Assembly (NCBI GenBank): GCA_964057225.1
Contig: OZ059897.1
Coordinates: forward strand, 4,960,001-5,024,000
Reading direction: 5' to 3'
Source: Auanema rhodensis
Lineage: Eukaryota; Animalia; Nematoda
Length of the DNA stretch: 64,000 nucleotides
Both the position numbers and the translations under genes were made by a program. Positions within the stretch are counted from its first letter, which is position 1, and the number at the start of each line of letters is the position of its first letter. This document shows positions 57,801 to 64,000 of the stretch, in pieces. Under the pieces are notes generated by a model. It saw only the letters and a list, made by a program, of their open reading frames with translations. It did not search any database and was not told where the DNA came from.

Positions 57801-59806
57801 AATTAAAGTTCACGTAAATTTCAAAGTCATGGTTACCATGCACCAATATCAATAAAAATTTGTTTTTAGACTAATATGGACATGGGGAATCTAATTTTGA
57901 AAACCGCATCTCTTTATCTTTCACGTGAAGCGAGTTACATACCAAGTGCACATCACGTGTACATTTAATTAGCATAAATAAAAGTTCACGTAAATATCAA
58001 AGTCATGGTTACCATGCACCAATATCAATAAAAATTTGTTTTTAGACTAATATGGACATGGGGAATCTAATTTTGAAAACCGCATCTCTTTATCTTTCAC
58101 GTGAAGTGAGTTACATACCAAGTGTACATCACGTGCACATTTAATTAGCATAAATTAAAGTTCACGTAAATTTCAAAGTCATGGTTACCATGCACCAATA
58201 TCAATAAAAATTTGTTTTTGGACTAATATGGACATGGGGAATCTAATATTGAAAACCGCATCTCTTTATCTTTCACGTGAAGCAAGTTACATACTAAGTG
58301 CACATCACGTGTACATTTAATTAGCATAAATTAAAGTTCACGTAAATTTCAAAGTCATGGTTACCATGCATTAATATCAATAAAAATTTGTTTTTAGACT
58401 AATATGGACATGGGGAATCTAATTTTGAAAACCGCATCTCTTTATCTTTCACGTGAAGCAAGTTACGAACCAAGTGCACATCACGTGTACATTTAATTAG
58501 CATAAATTAAGGTTCACGTAAATTTCAAAGTCATGGTTACCATGCACCAATATCAATAAAAATTTGTTTTTAGACTAATATGCACATGGGGAATCTAATT
58601 TTAAAAACCGCATCTCTTTATCTTTCACGTGAAGTGAGTTACATACAAAGTGCACAGCACGTGTACATTTAATTAGCATAAATTAAAGTTCACGTAAATT
58701 TCAAAGTCATGGTTACCATGCACCAATATCAATAAAAATTTGTTTTTAGACTAATATGGACATGGGGAATCTAATTTTGAAAACCGCATCTCTTTATCTT
58801 TCACGTGAAGCAAGTTACGAACCAAGTGCACATCACGTGTACATTTAATTAGCATAAATTAAAGTTCACGTAAATTTCAAAGTCATGGTTACCATGCACC
58901 AATATCAATAAAAATTTGTTTTTAGACTAATATGGACATGGGGAATCTAATTTTGAAAACCGCATCTCTTTATCTTTCACGTGAAGCGAGTTACATACCA
59001 AGTGCACATCACGTGTACATTTAATTAGCATAAATTAAAGTTCACGTAAATTTCAAAGTCATGGTTACCATGCACCAATATCAATAAAAATTTGTTTTTA
59101 GACTAATATGGACATGGGGAATCTAATTTTGAAAACCGCATCTCTTTATCTTTCACGTGAAGTGAGTTACATACCAAGTGTACATCACGTGCACATTTAA
59201 TTAGCATAAATTAAAGTTCACGTAAATTTCAAAGTCATGGTTACCATGCACCAATATCAATAAAAATTTGTTTTTGGACTAATATGGACATGGGGAATCT
59301 AATATTGAAAACCGCATCTCTTTATCTTTCACGTGAAGCAAGTTACATACTAAGTGCACATCACGTGTACATTTAATTAGCATAAATTAAAGTTCACGTA
59401 AATTTCAAAGTCATGGTTACCATGCATTAATATCAATAAAAATTTGTTTTTAGACTAATATGGACATGGGGAATCTAATTTTGAAAACCGCATCTCTTTA
59501 TCTTTCACGTGAAGCAAGTTACGAACCAAGTGCACATCACGTGTACATTTAATTAGCATAAATTAAGGTTCACGTAAATTTCAAAGTCATGGTTACCATG
59601 CACCAATATCAATAAAAATTTGTTTTTAGACTAATATGCACATGGGGAATCTAATTTTAAAAACCGCATCTCTTTATCTTTCACGTGAAGTGAGTTACAT
59701 ACCAAGTGCACAGCACGTGTACATTTAATTAGCATAAATTAAAGTTCACGTAAATTTCAAAGTCATGGTTACCATGCACTAATATCAATAAAAATTTGTT
59801 TTTAGA
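54879..59806. repeat. Irregular higher-order repeat of 9 and 6 monomers
   Basis: The core [tgtacatc+gtgcac+tttttgg][tattg+atactaag+cattaat][acgaacc+aaggtt][tatgcac+ttttaaaa] starts at 54879, 56463, 58047 and 59103 (spacings 1584, 1584, 1056). An earlier version without atactaag is at 51887. Confidence 0.85.
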
Positions 59807-62800
59807 CTAATATGGACATGGGGAATCTAATTTTGAAAACCGCATCTCTTTATCTTTCACGTGAAGCAAGTTACATACCAAGTGCATATCACGTGCACAT
59901 TTAATTAGCATAAATTAAAGTTCACGTAAATTTCAAACTCATGGTTACCATGCACCAATATCAATAAAAATTTGTTTTTAGACTAATATGGACATGGGGA
60001 ATCTAATTTTGAAAACCGCATCTCTTTATCTTTCACGTGAAGTGAGTTACATACCAAGTGCACATCACGTGTACATTTAATTAGCATAAATTAAAGTTCA
60101 CGTAAATTTCAAAGTCATGGTTACCATGCACCAATATCAATAAAAATTTGTTTTTAGACTAATATGGACATGGGGAATCTAATTTTAAAAACCGCATCTC
60201 TTTATCTTTCACGTGAAGCAAGTTACATACCAAGTGCATAGCACGTGTACATTTAATTAGCATAAATTAAAGTTCACGTAAATTTCAAAGTCATGGTTAC
60301 CATGCACCAATATCAATAAAAATTTGTTTTTAGACTAATATGGACATGGGGAATCTAATTGTGAAAACCGCATCTCTTTATCTTTCACGTGAAGCGAGTT
60401 ACATACCAAGTGCACATCACGTGTACATTTAATTAACATAAATTAAAGTTCACGTAAATTTCAAACTCATGGTTACCATGCACCAATATCAATAAAAATT
60501 TGTTTTTAGACTAATATGGACATGGGGAATCTAATTTTGAAAACCGCATCTCTTTATCTTTCACGTGAAGTGGGTTACATACCAAGTGCACATCACGTGT
60601 ACATTTAATTAGCATAAATTAAAGTTCACGTAAATTTCAAAGTCATGGTTACCATGCACAAATATCAATAAAAATTTGTTTTTAGACTAATATGGACATG
60701 GGGAATCTAATTTTAAAAACCGCATCTCTTTATCTTTCACGTGAAGTGAGTTACATACCAAGTGCACAGCACGTGTACATTTAATTAGCATAAATTAAAG
60801 TTCACGTAAATTTCAAAGTCATGGTTACCATGCACTAATATCAATAAAAATTTGTTTTTAGACTAATATGGACATGGGGAATCTAATTTTGAAAACCGCA
60901 TCTCTTTATCTTTCACGTGAAGCAAGTTACATACCAAGTGCACAGCACGTGTACATTTAATTAGCATAAATTAAAGTTCACGTAAATTTCAAAGTCATGG
61001 TTACCATGCACCAATATCAATAAAAATTTGTTTTTAGACTAATATGGACATGGGGAATCTAATTTTGAAAACCGCATCTCTTTATCTTTCACGTAAAGTG
61101 GGTTACATACCAAGTGCACATCACGTGTACATTTAATTAGCATAAATTAAAGTTCACGTAAATTTCAAAGTCATGGTGACCATGCACTAATATCAATAAA
61201 AATTTGTTTTTAGACTAATATGGACATGGGGAATCTCATTTTAAAAACCGCATCTCTTTATCTTTCAAGTGAAGCAAGTTACATACCAAGTGCACAGCAC
61301 GTGTACATTTAATTAGCATAAATTAAAGTTCACGTAAATTTCAAAGTCATGGTTACCATGCACCAATATCAATAAAAATTTGTTTTTAGACTAATATGGA
61401 CATGGGGAATCTAATATTGAAAACCGCATCTCTTTATCTTTCACGTGAAGCAAATTACATCCCAAGTGCACATCACGTGTACATTTAATTAGCATAAATT
61501 AAAGTTCACGTAAATTTCAAAGTCATGGTTACCATGCACCAATATCAATAAAAATTTGTTTTTAGACTAATATGGATATGGGGAATCTAATTTTGAAAAC
61601 CGCATCTCTTTATCTTTCACGTGAAGCGAGTTACATATCAAGTGCACATCACGTGTGCATTTAATTAGCATAAATTAAAGTTCACGTAAATTTCAAAATC
61701 ATGGTTACCATGCACCAATATCAATAAAAATTTGTTTTTAGACTAATATGCACATGGGGAATCTAATTTTAAAAACCGCATCTCTTTATCTTTCACGTGA
61801 AGTGAGTTACATACCAAGTGCACAGCACGTGTACATTTAATTAGCATAAATTAAAGTTCACGTAAATTTCAAAGTCATGGTTACCATGCACTAATATCAA
61901 TAAAAATTTGTTTTTAGACTAATATGGACATGGGGAATCTAATTTTGAAAACCGCATCTCTTTATCTTTCACGTGAAGCAAGTTACATACCAAGTGCACA
62001 TCACGTGCACATTTAATTAGCATAAATTAAAGTTCACGTAAATTTCAAAGTCATGGTTACCATGCACCAATATCAATAAAAATTTGTTTTTAGACTAATA
62101 TGGACATGGGGAATCTAATTTTGAAAACCGCATCTCTTTATCTTTCACGTGAAGCGAGTTACATACCAAGTGCACATCACGTGTACATTTAATTAGCATA
62201 AATTGAAGTTCACGTAAATTTCAAAGTCATGGTTACCATGCACCAATATCAATAAAAATTTGTTTTTAGACTAATATGGACATGGGGAATCTAATTTTGA
62301 AAACCGCGTCTCTTTATCTTTCACGTGAAGCGAGTTACATACCAAGTGCACATCACGTGTACATTTAATTAGCATAAATTAAAGTTCACGTAAATTTCAA
62401 AGTCATGGTTACCATGCACCAATATCAATAAAAATTTGTTTTTAGACTAATATGGACATGGGGAATCTAATTTTAAAAACCGCATCTCTTCATCTTTCAC
62501 GTGAAGCAAGTTACATACCAAGTGCACAGCACGTGTACATTTAATTAGCATAAATTAAAGTTCACGTAAATTTCAAAGTCATGGTTACCATGCACCAATA
62601 TCAATAAAAATTTGTTTTTAGACTAATATGGACATGGGGAATCTAATTTTGAAAACCGCATCTCTTTATCTTTCACGTGAAGCGAGTTACATACCAAGTG
62701 CACATCACGTGTACATTTAATTAGCATAAATTAAAGTTCACGTAAATTTCAAAGTCATGGTTACCATGCACCAATATCAATAAAAATTTGTTTTTAGACT

Positions 62801-64000
62801 AATATGGACATGGGGAATCTAATTTTGAAAACCGCATCTCTTTATCTTTCACGTGAAGTGAGTTACATACCAAGTGTACATCACGTGCACATTTAATTAG
62901 CATAAATTAAAGTTAACGTAAATTTCAAAGTCATGGTTACCATGCACCAATATCAATAAAAATTTGTTTTTAGACTAATATGGACATGGGGAATCTAATT
63001 TTGAAAACCGCATCTCTTTATCTTTCACGTGAAGCGAGTTACATACCAAGTGCACATCACGTGTACATTTAATTAGCATAAATTAAAGTTCACGTAAATT
63101 TCAAAGTCATGGTGACCATGCACTAATATCAATAAAAATTTGTTTTTAGACTAATATGGACATGGGGAATCTAATTTTAAAAACCGCATCTCTTTATCTT
63201 TCACGTGAAGCAAGTTACATACCAAGTGCATATCACGTGCACAATTAATTAGCATAAATTAAAGTTCACGTAAATTTCAAACTCATGGTTACCATGCACC
63301 AATATCAATAAAAATTTGTTTTTAGACTAATATGGACATGGGGAATCTAATTTTGGAAACCGCATCTCTTTATCTTTCACGTGAAGCGAGTTACATACCA
63401 AGTGCACATCACGTGTACATTTAATTAACATAAATTAAAGTTCACGTAAATTTCAAACTCATGGTTACCATGCACCAATATCAATAAAAATTTGTTTTTA
63501 GACTAATATGGACATGGGGAATCTAATTTTGAAAACCGCATCTCTTTATCTTTCACGTGAAGTGGGTTACATACCAAGTGCACATCACGTGTACATTTAA
63601 TTAGCATAAATTAAAGTTCACGTAAATTTCAAAGTCATGGTTACCATGCACCAATATCAATAAAAATTTGTTTTTAGACTAATATGGACATGGGGAATCT
63701 AATTTTAAAAACCGCATCTCTTTATCTTTCACGTGAAGCAAGTTACATACCAAGTGCACAGCACGTGTACATTTAATTAGCATAAATTAAAGTTCACGTA
63801 AATTTCAAAGTCATGGTTACCATGCACCAATATCAATAAAAATTTGTTTTTAGACTAATATGGACATGGGGAATCTAATTTTGAAAACCGCATCTCTTTA
63901 TCTTTCACGTGAAGTGGGTTACATACCAAGTGCACATCACGTGTACATTTAATTAGCATAAATTAAAGTTCACGTAAATTTCAAAGTCATGGTTACCATG

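Larger units (their letters stand above)
1..64000. repeat. Tandem satellite DNA array, 176-bp monomer, about 362 full copies; likely (peri)centromeric eukaryotic satellite
   Basis: The motif ctaatatggacatgggg recurs at 1, 177, 353, ... 881, ... 2641 (period 176). Phase shifts only at two 61-bp units, seven +3 A-tract alleles and one -1 T allele. The consensus has 57 G+C in 176 bp. The array runs off both window edges. The centromeric interpretation is inference. Confidence 0.98.

Noticed and set aside
1-64000. CRISPR array or repeat-spacer system
   Set aside because: There are no unique spacers, the whole 176 bp is repeated, and no cas-like or other genes are present.
1-64000. Embedded transposon, inversion or unique island
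   Set aside because: Every phase shift is explained by two 61-bp units, seven +3 alleles and one -1 allele. No foreign or reverse-oriented segment was seen.
1-64000. A single fixed higher-order repeat across the window, or information encoded in variant order
   Set aside because: Periods vary locally (3 to 17 monomers) and are adequately explained by nested duplication, deletion and recombination.

Overview
The whole 64 kb window is one uninterrupted, head-to-tail tandem satellite array with a 176-bp AT-rich monomer (about 32% GC). By phase arithmetic it holds about 362 full monomers, two 61-bp truncated monomers and a final partial copy, all in one orientation. Consensus: ctaatatggacatggggaatctaattttgaaaaccgcatctctttatctttcacgtgaagcgagttacataccaagtgcacatcacgtgtacatttaattagcataaattaaagttcacgtaaatttcaaagtcatggttaccatgcaccaatatcaataaaaatttgtttttaga. 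Monomers usually differ from consensus at only 0-5 sites. Length, homogeneity and AT content fit a eukaryotic centromeric or pericentromeric satellite, but I cannot assign family or species. I found no credible genes, RNA genes, transposons, CRISPR spacers or inversions, and no novel gene-encoded system. The interest lies in (i) the monomer's dense dyad symmetry and three regularly spaced CACGT motifs whose CpGs show no visible deamination variants, unlike another CpG in the monomer; (ii) nested, irregular higher-order repeats of 3 to 17 monomers with mappable chimeric junctions; (iii) a 61-bp unit best explained by a microhomology (ACCA) template switch; and (iv) conserved variant order over 11-50 kb. 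All comparisons were made by eye, so some single-base differences may have been missed.
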